This document shows positions 13,541-25,802 of a stretch of 64,000 bases of DNA, one piece after another. The DNA lies in NCBI GenBank assembly GCA_964187785.1, contig OZ076409.1, forward strand, positions 24,926,001-24,990,000, read 5' to 3'. Source of the stretch: Amphiscolops sp. MND2022 (taxonomy: Eukaryota). Numbering within the stretch: position 1 is the first letter of the stretch; the number at the start of each line of letters is the position of its first letter. The translations under genes were made by a program, and so were the position numbers. The notes beneath the pieces were generated by a model. The model was not told the DNA's origin. It made no database searches and saw nothing but the letters and a program-made list of their open reading frames with translations.

Positions 13541-13938
13541 ATGAGTTTTAATAAATTTAAAAATAATTCATATTGTGTTGGTGGAAAACATTATTCCCCC
13601 ACCACAAATATTCGTGGAGATATTATAGTAAAAAAACTGGTATGTTAGTAAATCTATTAAGAGGTACTTGTTCAACTTGTAAAAGAAATAAATCACTTAT
13701 AGTATCAGATCAAACAATACATGCAGAAGGATTAGGTGACTTTTTCCGAGGTATAGGAAAAGCCGCCAAGAGTGTCGGAAAGAAAATTTTAAATAATCCT
13801 GGAAGAGCATTAGAACTCGCAGCTAATATTGGTACAGCAGCAGCAAGTAAAAATCCTCGAATGATAGCTGCAACTGCTCCTGATATTATAAAATTTGTTC
13901 ATCAAGGAAAAGGCCTGTATTTAGGTAAAATTCATTGA
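13541..13938 (+). pseudogene. Zn-ribbon plus amphipathic-helix protein (putative virion protein); frameshift in A-run near 13630
   Basis: MSFNKFKNNSYCVGGKH...RGTCSTCKRNKS followed by EGLGDFFRGIGKAAKSVGKK. Confidence 0.65.
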
Positions 13939-13987
13939 TTTACAGCCTTGCTGTAAATTAAATTTTGTTTTTTATGAATAATAAATT

Positions 13988-14960
13988 ATGTATTCAATTC
14001 ATAATCGAGATGATTTAGAAAAATTAAAAAAAATGCAAGAAACAAAATCTTCTTTGAAAGACTGAAAGACTAAAAGAGAAACTAGGGGAGTAAGATTTTC
14101 ATTACGATATAGAAGAAGTTTTTGAACCCGTAACAGAAAAACAGAAACAAAACATTTCTAAACAACAAGAATTTTCCGAAAAGCAAATACAAGTACTACG
14201 AGACTCGACTCAAACTACAACACAAGCAATACAAGACCAAACTAGAGCAATACAAGAATCGAGTAATACTCTTAATAAAAAATTACATAAATCAGTTAAA
14301 GAAGGAATACAAGATTATGATAAAATTACAAATCGTAATAACCAAATTGTTACAGATCTTGTTAACTCAAACCAAGTTGATTCTAGTATCGTTAAGACAG
14401 TTTCTAATTTGCTTAATGACAACAACAAAAGTCAATTTAGTTTAGAACCCGTGGAAGGAAGTTCCAATTTATTCACAATTAACCCTACTGATCCTCAACA
14501 AGTACTAATCAAAGGTTCAACAATGACATACCAAAATGGTAACACGTATTATTTGAATGATCCGGATCTTTCATATTTTATAACGAATACACACTTCGAT
14601 AATCTACCACAAAATAACAGTATAATTTACAGTTTTTTAAATGATATGAAATATAATATAAATTACGGAGATAAAAAATCACATAGATATTATTTAATTA
14701 AAGCTATATTTAATACATACTATCAACAACCCCAATTAGGAACTGGATTGAATTTTATTTTCCTTCCATCTGATCCAGATGAACTTGTAGATCAATTAAA
14801 ACTACTTTATTTTGAAAAAGTAGGAGGAAATGATAATCCTATGCTTAGTGAACAAATCATAGCAATTGCTGATAAACTTTTACAATACCAATGTATTACA
14901 ACAAATCAACATCAAAACCTAGTAAGCACATTTACTAAAAAGGATCAGTTTGTGGATTAA
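13988..14960 (+). pseudogene. Polinton uncharacterised protein (coiled-coil N-terminus); frameshift and stop near 14060-14093
   Basis: EEVFEPVTE near the N-terminus and GTGLNFIFLPSDPDELVDQLKLL...GNDN..EQIIAI at the C-terminus, motifs I recognise from Polinton accessory ORFs. Confidence 0.65.
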
Positions 14961-15924
14961 ATATCTGGTATTGCGGATTCGATTCATTACATATCATATA
15001 CTTACTCCCATTTTTATCTTCTAACCTATTTATTAGTAAATAATTATACTTATCCCGCCATGCTTCTTTACACAAACTTTTGAATTCATCATAAGACATA
15101 TCAAAACCAGGTATGTCGGTGTATATATGTTGCACATCTTTCAATGTTTGTTGAAAGAAAATAATAATATTACTATTGTTTCTAATTGTTCTTTTAGGTA
15201 AATCAAAGTATGACTGTGATAAATAATAAACATCCAGATCATTATGTCTTCCCCTAGTAAAAAATGGATCTATTAATTTCTGTGAAGTGTCCAACATATC
15301 ATCAAATACAACACAACAATTGTGAAAATCTTGTATTGTTCTATCTTCTAGATCTTCGTCCACTGAAATATCTTCTATTTCTGTATTTGTATTTTGTCCC
15401 AGAGATCTAGTTATTATATGTATTTGTTTTTCTTTATCATATAATCGAATTAATTGTAATTTGTTTAATAACAAATGGGTCTTACCACAAAATGATGGGC
15501 CAACTATCAATGTCCTATTACAATTATTATCAATATTATCATTATTATCATTTGTAATGATATTATTTGTATAATTATTATTATCATAATTTTCATTATG
15601 ATTTGTAATTTCATTATTTGTATAATTATTATTATCATGATTTTCATTATGATTTATAATTTCATTATTTGTATAATTATTATTATCAAGATTGATAATA
15701 CATCTTTTTAAGTGTTTTGATAAATAAGTTTTATTGAATTCCTTATTACAGAATTCACATTTTACTTTTTTATTGAAGCATTCTATACATGTACTATACA
15801 ATTTGTCATTTTTATATTTGTAAAAATCTGTTTTCAGTATATTACACACTTTACATCTTTTTTTATTCTCACAATCGGAGCAGACAGATTTTTCATTACT
15901 TTTTCCACAAATTATTCACTTCAT
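14935..15924 (-). CDS. A32-like (FtsK-HerA) DNA packaging ATPase 1 with N-terminal Cys-rich fingers and Asn-rich repeats; TGA at codon 3
   Basis: Walker A GPSFCGKT, Walker B VVFDD, FTRGRH (Arg finger), LSQSYF.LPK.TIRNN; upstream ATG at 15924 in TAAATG context. Confidence 0.92.
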
Positions 15925-16111
15925 TTATTTAGTAAAAAAATCACTAAATCACTAAGCAAATTCATTAAGAGCATGATGTTTTAAGTGTAACTTATTTGCT
16001 TAGTGACAAAAAAATGCTCTTAGTGAATTTGCTTAGTGATTTTACTAAGAAAATTAATAAGAAATCAAACCCATTTTTTGGGTACCGGAGGACAGCTTTG
16101 CTGTAAATATT

Positions 16112-17135
16112 TCATTTTAAACTATTCGCGATGCCAGCTTTACCGTAACCAAATGCTTGTTCCATCATTATATTTTTAAAATCTTCTTTAAGTTTGTCTG
16201 AACTTATTGGTTGTTGCATTCTATCAATGTAATTGTCTATTTTAGATTCATTTACTTTGATTTTATTTTGTTTTCAATAATATACATAATAATAAGCTAC
16301 ATTAAAAGGTGTTATTTCAATTGTTTGATCTGACATATCTTCTAGGAATTTTTTAGGTTTATTATATTCTTCACCTGTGAAGAAGTATGATTCGTATTTT
16401 CATAATCCTCGGGACCCCATATATGTTTAGTTGTATCGTAGACTAGTTGGTACTTATGATTAAGTATTTTATACTTTTGTGATCTAGTATCAAATTCAAT
16501 TATACCTAATTCTAATTGGTCACGATATTGTTTCCAATTAAGTTGTTTGATACTATAACAACTCATCATTGTTTCGAAAAATGTATCTGGATTATTTATT
16601 GTGATATATAACTTAAAACAATTTTCTCTAACAACAGGTAGAACATCCTTTGCATAATGTGCAAGATAAATAACTTGTATATTATTATGTCTTCCAAACC
16701 GGAATAAGTCTTCTACTTTTGTTTTGAGTTGCTTATAAGCACCCGCATCATCTAAAATGATTGTTTTACCAGCAAGTGATTCAATGTTAATATTTTCTAA
16801 CTGCAACAATTGTACAAATCTACCCGGGAATTCGGCTTCATCTCTACCGAATACTATAAAATCGCTTTTAGTTTGATCTAAATAATACTTCAGGAAACTA
16901 GTCTTACCTGATCCACTAGTACCATACACCAAAAAATGACAATTAGTATTTGTGATTGGTTTGACTTGTGGCTCGTCTTTTGGTTGATCAGTTAGATGGG
17001 ATTTTTTAAATCCCTTGAATTGCTTTAGTTTTTGGTATATTTTTTGTAATGTTTGGGTCTAATATAATACCAATAAATATATAAAACTATAATAAAAATT
17101 ACACATAATAAACCTATAAAAAATTTTTTATTCAT
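16112..17135 (-). pseudogene. Second, divergent A32-like ATPase with N-terminal hydrophobic segment; frameshifts near 17042 and 16400
   Basis: GTSGSGKT, IILDD, FRFGRH, YLAH..KDVLPVVREN (16342-16932); upstream frame MNKKFFIGLLCVIFIIVLYIYWYYIR from ATG 17135. Confidence 0.8.
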
Positions 17136-17149
17136 TCATTAGGAAATAA

Positions 17150-18003
17150 ATGAATGAAAAGAAGAAAGAAATTGCTAAAGAAATTTTCTCTCCTGTAATC
17201 AAGAAGTTTCAAAGAATTCAAATACAAACTCACTATAAGGATGAGTGTGGGAGTATCGATCTGATAGACAGGTCTAGCTTATCAGAACATAATAAAAACT
17301 ACAAGTTTATTTTTACAATAATTGACAATCATACTAGGTATGCATGGGCCATTCCTCTCAAAGATAAATCAGGGAAAAGTACAACAACTGCATTCAAGAA
17401 ACTAATAGAAACTAGTAGAAGAAAACCTGATAAAACTTGGTCAGATAGAGGTAAAGAGTTTTATAATAAAACATTTTTGGATTTCCTAAAAGAACAAAAC
17501 ATTCATATTTATTCAACTAATTCAGATTTAAAAGCAGTTTTTGTTGAACGATTTATTAGAACACTTTTTACTTAATTAAAACACCCATGTACATTGAAGG
17601 AAAAGCTTGTTGGTTGAATCATCTAGATACTGCTATGGAAAAATATAATAATCGTGTGCATACCACAACCCGCATGACACCTTTTGAAGCTAACAATCAA
17701 CCAATAGATCCACCTACTTTTGTTAATAAACCGAAACAACCCAAATTTCAAGTGGGAGACTATGTAAGAGTTCCTGATAAACGCAATTTGTATAGTAAAG
17801 GTTATACAACAAAATGGAACCGAGAACTTTTCAAAATACATAAAATTATTCCAACTAACCCAGTTACGTATGGTTTAGTAGATGAAAACAACGAACAAAT
17901 AGAAGGAAAATATTATGAACAAGAACTTTTAAGAAGTGTATTCAATTTTAAATCTAACAACAAAACGTTAGAAAGTATGAATATTTTCCATCAAAATGAG
18001 TAA
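17150..18003 (+). pseudogene. Retroviral-type DDE integrase of Polinton; frameshift near 17570
   Basis: SIDLID, IIDNHTRYAWAIPLK.K, WSDRGKEF, VERFIRTL, YNNRVH....TP, KFQVGDYVRV, KGY...W, YYEQELL. Confidence 0.93.
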
Positions 18004-18020
18004 ATATATTTAAATAAATA

Positions 18021-18743
18021 ATGTCAATTCATAAATTTGGTTTTAGTGCCGAAAGCTAACAAAAAGATAAGATTGAGAATTTAGAAAAAGATTTGGAATC
18101 ACAAACCAAATTAATCAACTTGAAACTTAATGATATGCAAATCACCATAAATGGTATGACTGATAACCTACAAAATACCGAAGGCGCCTTGCGTGTACAA
18201 GAAATTAATTTTGATGATGGTGAAACCAAGGTAGTAGTCAATGCAAAGTTATTCTTAGACATAAACAAAAATATAGAAGACTTGAAAATCAACCTGAAAT
18301 ACTTAGAACAAGATATTAAAAATAAATTTTTAGAAAAGAAAAAAGAAATAATTTTGGATGCTGCCAAGTTAGTGGAAGAACAACAAACCATTTTACGTAA
18401 TCATTTTGAGAGAAACCTTATTTCGGAATTGGAAAAATGTAAAAATCAAGCAGTCAAAGATGTTATACAACTATTGTACAACAAAGGATTGTTTGACTCA
18501 TTTGAAAATAAAGACCAAATCTTTAATGAGTACTTATATTTTAGTGATGAATACCTGTTGGAAAAATACGGAACAGAAATACAAACATCAGATGGTGTGT
18601 ATTATTTATCAGACTTAGACTATTCAACGCGAGAAGATATCGTGTATTCCTTAAGAATAGATGAATACAAAGATATTGTTGACCTACAATATAGAATGAA
18701 ACTAACCGATACTGAGATTAATTTTATACTTTTTAAAGACTAA
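18021..18743 (+). pseudogene. Hypothetical coiled-coil protein; in-frame TAA at codon 13
   Basis: 216-aa open frame from 18093, in-frame ATG at 18021; no recognisable domain. Confidence 0.55.
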
Positions 18744-18777
18744 TTACTTTTTAAATTAAGTTTTTATTTAAAATTGA

Positions 18778-19298
18778 ATGAGTGAAAAATTGTACCCATG
18801 TTTACAACAAGATCAGAATCTTGATCTTAGATTAAAGAAATAAATAGTTTTTATAATTCAATTCAAAATATAAAAGATATTCAAAATTTTTATAATCATG
18901 AAGCTAAAAAGTATAAGAAGAAATCTAAAACATATAAAATTATAAACGGTTTAATTCAATCTATTGATGGAGTTTCAGTACTAGCAGTATCATCAACATG
19001 TGTCACGTTGAGTGTCACAGGAATTGGACTTGTTGTTGTACCTATAGCAAGTGGTATAGGTGCAGGTTTATGTATATTTAGTAAAATTGCTGGAGAGTAC
19101 CTGAAAAGAAAAGAACAACACAATGTCAAAAAATATACTCTTGCTGGTATAACACTACACGACTACCAAAAACTACATTCAAAATGTTTAGAAGACAATA
19201 AAATTGATCTGAATGAATACAACAAATTAAAACAAACTTACGATCTATATAAAACAAATAAAACTAAACTAAACTCTGAGTTTACTTTTTTAGGATAA
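18778..19298 (+). pseudogene. Hydrophobic-hairpin (two-TM) membrane protein; frameshift near 18838
   Basis: GVSVLAVSSTCVTLSVTGIGLVVVPIASGIGAGLCIF flanked by Lys-rich helices; C-terminal SKCLEDNKIDLNEY. Confidence 0.65.
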
Positions 19299-19392
19299 AT
19301 TTATTTAGTAAAAATAAAGTCAGTATAAAATATAAATCCTAATTTTTATTCCTATTTGAAAGGAATTATTTTCATTGTAAAATAAATATGCT

Positions 19393-20560
19393 ATGGATAA
19401 ACCTATTCATAAAATTGATTTTATTGAATACTCACCTAGTAATTTAGCTACAATCAACAATAATTATTCAAATATTTCCATCATCTTCCCAAGAGAAGAT
19501 GCATATATTTGTTTACAAAACTCATATATCTCATTAGAATTTGAAGTTCTTAAAAATGATGATACAAGATATGCAGATGGTGATCAAATAAGCTTGGTCA
19601 ACTCTGGACCCGTTGCTTTATTTACTGAAGCTAAACTTGTAACATCATTCGGCAAACATCTAGAGAAAGTTGATAACCTACGCCCAATTTCACTGATGTA
19701 TAAACTTTTAACATCTAATCAACAAACAAGTCAATTGATGTACGGATTTGAAGAATCACAAGCAACTAGAAGACAAGAACTAACAAACAATAAAACAGAA
19801 AAAGGAACCTTTTTTGTGAGAATAAAATTAACTGATATATTTGGATTCTCTGATCAAGAAAAAATAACTTATGGATTGGGTTTTACTCTAATTTTAAAAC
19901 GAAATAATAATAATGATCCTATCATCAGGGACAATGGTGTAGATGCTGCAAAAATAAATATAAAAGACATCTCCTGGCATATTCCACACTATGTTCCTAG
20001 CTCCTGCAACTCGTGATCCAACTGAATTATTTTACATGGAACGGATTGTATTTAGAAAAGGTGTTAACACGAATAAAAATTGGACATTTGAATTAGGCAG
20101 CAGTGGAGAGTCGACACCAAGTTTCATAATTGTTGGATTTCAAGCTAGAAATAAAACTGATTCACAAACACATGATAATGCAACATTGGATAGGTTACCT
20201 ATTTCAAATGCTGTTTGTAAAATAGGATCAGAAAAATATCCCGATGATGGAATAGAATGTGATTATGATAGAGACAAATATGATCAAGCATATAGTGAAA
20301 TTGAAAACTTTTATTTGTTAAAAAGGGAAACTAATCTACTCAATCCAGTTATTGATTTACACAAATTCAGGACAAATTATAATTTTTATGTATTTGATTT
20401 ATCCAAACAAAAAGATAATATTGCCAGTCAACCTATTAGATTAGAATTTAAATTTAGTGCTGCCATTGATGTAGCAGAATATATAGCTTATGCCCTAGTC
20501 CTAACACCTAAACTGATAAGTATCAGCAGTGATGGACAAAGGCCTTTTTATTTATTATAA
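19393..20560 (+). pseudogene. Major capsid protein (double jelly-roll); frameshift/deletion near 20000
   Basis: SYISLEFEV, ALFTEAKL...GK.LEKV, L.DIFGF, IKDISWHIPH, P.FIIVGFQ, IGSEKYP, FYVFDLSKQ, IRLEFKF. Confidence 0.87.
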
Positions 20561-20721
20561 GCAAAGCTCTTTCAGTAAATAATTATAATTTAAATATATA
20601 TATTTAGAAAAATATAATATTACAGCTTTGCTGATATGATAAATAAATTTATAAAATAATATTTTAATTTTTATAAAATGATAATAATTATAAATAAATT
20701 TATAAAACATTATATTTATTT

Positions 20722-21282
<561 letters not shown>

Positions 21283-22993
21283 CAACGCAGTGCCAAATAA
21301 CCCCGCAGTTGTAGTTTAGCACATACCAAGTACCACCAGCTGAGGGGTTATTTGGGGTGTAGTTTGGCATGACCCTGAATCGCCACTTCCACGGGTCGTA
21401 GGAAAGCGAAATTTAGGGAAGCAGCTGAAAACCCTTAAAAACGACTTTTGCCAAAGTTTGAACAAAATTGATCGCGTAATTCCTTAATTATTAAGGTCCT
21501 TTTCCCAATACCAAATAACCCTTTTTCAGATAATCTCGAGGACAAACTACACCCTGAATTTTATTGCAATATTATGGCGCCTCAGCGTTAATTAGGCCAG
21601 TCAAGCCAATTACCACACACAATATTGGTATCCAAGAAGATCTACGTAGTACCGTATTTATACTGCTTGAAGTTTTCCACCAACGCAAGAAACGCCAAAT
21701 TACTCCTTTTTAGTACATTTTAGGTGAACAATACTTTGTTTAATTTCGCTTAAAATCCGTTTCCGTTTTCGTATCCGTAAGTCTGAGCAAGGTTGTGAAA
21801 TAAGTTGAGAAAACGAAGTTACATAAAAAGAGTAGATAGTTTATAGTAGATAGTGAATGGAAAAACAAATGAAATCAATAGGGTGCCATAATTTAATTCA
21901 AGGATAATTTTTCATGACCCGGCCGGGGGATTGAAATCTGGGGAGGGGGAGCGTGGTATGTCATGAGAGAAGCTCCTGATAAAATACTTTCCTCCATGGG
22001 TAACTTAGGGGGGGGTTGATTAATTGAAGATTTAAAATGTTTGAAAAAAATAGTTGAAATTTCTAAAATGTGCTTCAAAAGTGTTGACAATTTCCATTTC
22101 AATTGAAACTATTTTTGTCTCTGGATCTTTCAAAATCAGTATGAAATTCTTTTGTAAAACTAATTGGAAATATAATTATTTCATGGGAATTAGGGGCAAT
22201 CGCGACAATTTTCAAAGAAATTATTATTCTAACTTTCAATGTTATACCGTCTAATGGGCAAAGGAAACAATGATGCAAAAAACAGAAAGACTTCTTGACG
22301 TTAGTCACGCGGAAGCAGAAACAGACCCTTTGAGTTTACTAATCTGTAGATTTGTTAATATGATTAAATCTAACTTTAAAGGATTACGCGTGACCAAAAA
22401 TATATCATTCCTAAATACGCGTGACAAACGTCAAAAATACATCTGTTGAAACTCCGTCAGACATATTTGCAAGGTAGGTATCATTCGATTTGCATTTGAT
22501 TGCAGTGCCTATTCTGTGATTCCAAAAAAAACAACAAATACTGCTGTTACTCAATAAAAAAGAACACGGTCAAGTTTGATTGGGTGCAGCATTCGCCAAT
22601 GATTTCACGTTTTAACCCCCCTAAAAACGAAAGCACATTTGGAAATGAAGTTGGTGAAATAATGTTCAGCTTAGTGTAACAAGTAATTGTTTTAATTCAT
22701 TTTTAATCTTTTTGTACCAGTATTTAAAACACCATCATTTACCTGTAAATAAATCTAAATCGGAAAGTAAGTAAGTTAGAACATTTCCGATGACGTCTTT
22801 GGCTACCGTATATTCCGGCGTATAAGCCCCCCTCTAGTATAAGTACCCCTTCCCTTCCCAATTTTGAAAGGGAAACTGTTGATTTCAATCGTTTTCACTT
22901 TTCTGATACTAGATAGTAGATTAGGAATAAAAGATTTAAAAATTTTCGAGATGAATGTGCTTTTATTGCAAAAACCAACCTCAATTTTGAATA

Positions 22994-23156
22994 CCAGAGG
23001 ACAAATAACTCCTATATTTAATATCAGCGGACAAATAACCTCCTACATTAAAAACACCAGAGGACAGGTAACTCCAGTTTTAAAAATCAGAGGACATATA
23101 ACCACCGCATTGAAAGTCAAAGGACAAATAACTCCAATATTTATTATCAGAGGACA
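22994..23156 (+). repeat. Array of six ~30-bp-period repeats, core CAGAGGACAAATAACTCC (duplicated at 28873-29035)
   Basis: Conserved 18-bp core with variable AT-rich linkers. Confidence 0.9.
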
Positions 23157-24604
23157 TTTTTTGAAGAAATGAACAATTGCGTTTTCTTATTGGCCGATAG
23201 TTCCACCAATTAAATTCCGTTCAGCTTGTCAGTCAATTGAAATGAAGATTATATGGGGACGTCACTAACGTTTTTGGACCGAAATTTCATCGCAAACGAT
23301 GTCGACATATTTTTTAACGAACTTTTTCGGGAGAAAACTGTTCCCGCGATTTGTTTAATTATATTTCCGCATCTTTCTAGGGGCCTTTGAATTATTTTGT
23401 TTGAATTCTACTGTTAATTTGCAACTTCATCCAGGTATTTAATTAAAATTAACTATTATGCGCGTCGAAAGTCCCACGGAATTTTTTTGATTTGAAATAG
23501 CTATTATCAAAAACTCAAAAATAAAATGAAACTAGTTTGACCAAGTTTCCACTTAAAATAACAATGAGAAACAAGGTCGGGGGATGGACACATGGTCAAA
23601 CAAAACAATCTTCAGAAACCAGTTTTTCTGAATCATCAGGCCCATTTATATTTTACATCTTTCATAAAAGGTCCAGAGAACTCGGACAAAAACTCGTTAT
23701 TTTTGGTTTTAAAAATCGTTATAGAGTGATGCACAACTAAATCAGGAAACAATCGGAACTTCATTCTCTAGAGTTAGCAGATTCAGTATAATATTACTGT
23801 ATACGTATCATCTGACAACTCTAAAGAGATGTTGTTCAAGAGTTCTGTACAAAAATGTCAGCTTTTTCAACTCTTTAGCTAAAAACTCAGAACGCAATTT
23901 TACAGAGTTATCTGGAGCATTTATAACTAATATCGTTTATATGTGCTCCAAAAAACTCTGACGAAAACACGTTACTTTTGTTTTTAAAAAGTGGAATTGT
24001 TAAAAATTCTTTGAGAAAGAACTCAATCGGAACAATTTTTTCTAGAGCTTTACCTGAACTTGTATAGTTTCCATATTCTATTCAAGCATCAGACAACTCC
24101 TGAGAAAAGATGTGATTTAAAACGTTTCAAAAAATATACACTAACTAACCTTCAATGACATAGATGCAATGCCAATTCAATTTTTAGTGACATTCAAATA
24201 GAGACAATTTATATTCAACAAATTGACTCCAGTTTCTGACCGGACTTTTGCAAGATGTTTACAAGTCAAATAAAGTGCGAACAAAGCTGCAACTTAATTA
24301 TGTAATTAATGATCACACATCAATGCTAACAGCCAATCAAATTTCAGTGTTTCTATACTTGTTTATACGGTGTATTTGTTTTACATGTACTAACTGTAAC
24401 TGCAACTCGAATTTAATTCCCCACCATTATACTGCTCCCCCTCGCTTTCCTTTTAATTTAGTTTTATAGATAGTTTTTCTAGTTTTTCCTAAAGATCAGT
24501 TAGTGAAAAAAAGATTGAGGAATCACTTAGTTGAGAAACAAATTGTTGAAAGATTCCGAGTAATTAAAAATACATCAATTAAATTTGCATTAATTTAGCC
24601 AAAC

Positions 24605-24808
24605 ATGTTGTTAAACTGCCCTCTCTGTAACTTGAAATTTTCGCGTTTAAATTTGTTAAAAATTCATTTACACAATATCCATCATTGGTCGCTGTTGTCA
24701 ATTTATGATCACGCTTTCAGGGATATCTTACTCAAATGTTTGTTTTGGAATTGTTCCGAAAAGTTTTCCACGAACAATTTTCTCAAAAAACCTAAAAAGA
24801 AATTTTGA
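24605..24808 (+). pseudogene. C2H2 zinc-finger gene fragment, copy 1
   Basis: CPLC-x3-F-x5-L-x2-H-x4-H, then a degenerate second finger CLFWNC-x3-F-x5-L. Confidence 0.6.
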
Positions 24809-25690
24809 AATAATATAAGATATCCCGCGTTGTAGTCGTGATTGCGAGATTTGTTGCGGTACCCATGCTGGTGATGAAAAAGACAAAAAGGATAAGGCAG
24901 TTCAGACGTCAAAAAAAGTTAAATTCAGTGAGAAAATTGAGGTGTTCCCTTGCAATGATATTAAAGTTACTGCAGAGGTACACGAAGAGTCGAACACTAT
25001 TGCTCAAGATTCCTCGTTTCCATTTATTGACGAAAAGTGAAATTGTTAATGAACTTCTTGTTATGAATTGTTCTTGTTTCTTTATGTTTTTATAATTTCA
25101 ATCAATCTAAAGGAAAAATTTTAACGTGCTACTGATACATTTACACCATTTCAGATCAAGGCTTTTCAAATTATTTTATAGAATTGAATCAAATAACTCA
25201 AAAAACATAAAGTGCAGATGACCGAATTTCACTTCAAACTCTAAACAAATGAATCAACTTTGTTAAAAATGACTACTAATTATTCCACCTTAAATGATTT
25301 TCGAATTCTTTCTCAGTCGATCAGGGGTCAACAGGGGTAATCCAAAATAATCAATGCTAATAACAAAGAATTTTCAATTCTATTAATGAATTTTTAAAAG
25401 TATTGTAGATATGCTGAAACAAACATTTTTCCCTTTCTTTTCTTGAGCAGTCAAAATCTGTTTGACAAGTTGTAAATCAAGTGCAAACAACGCTGCGGAG
25501 GCAGAATGCTTTTTTGACGTTAGTCACGCGAGAAGGCAAAAAGACTTTGTTACGTTAGTTGGTAAAACTTTATACAAATATAAATTAGTTGGTTTAATTC
25601 CAACATTCAATAACGTTTCTCTTCCGCGTGACAAACGTAAAAAATTAGTTGGTTTAGACATTTGAAAGTCATAAATCACTACGCTAAATA

Positions 25691-25802
25691 CCAGAGGACA
25701 AATAACTCCATAATTCAAACACCAGAGGACAGATAACTCCTCTGTTTTGTATCAGAGGACAAATAACACCAAATTTTAAAAACCAGAGAACAAATAACTC
25801 CT
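25691..25802 (+). repeat. Second array of four ~30-bp-period CAGAGGACAAATAACTCC repeats (duplicated at 31570-31680)
   Basis: Same core and orientation as 22994-23156. Confidence 0.9.

Noticed and set aside
22994..23156. CRISPR-like repeat/spacer appearance of the 30-bp arrays
   Set aside because: Repeats are degenerate, linkers only 11-14 bp, there are no cas genes, and the context is eukaryotic.
22864..23172. 102-aa ORF with RGQITP repeats
   Set aside because: TTG start; periodicity follows from the 30-bp DNA array, and the second array does not hold a comparable ORF.
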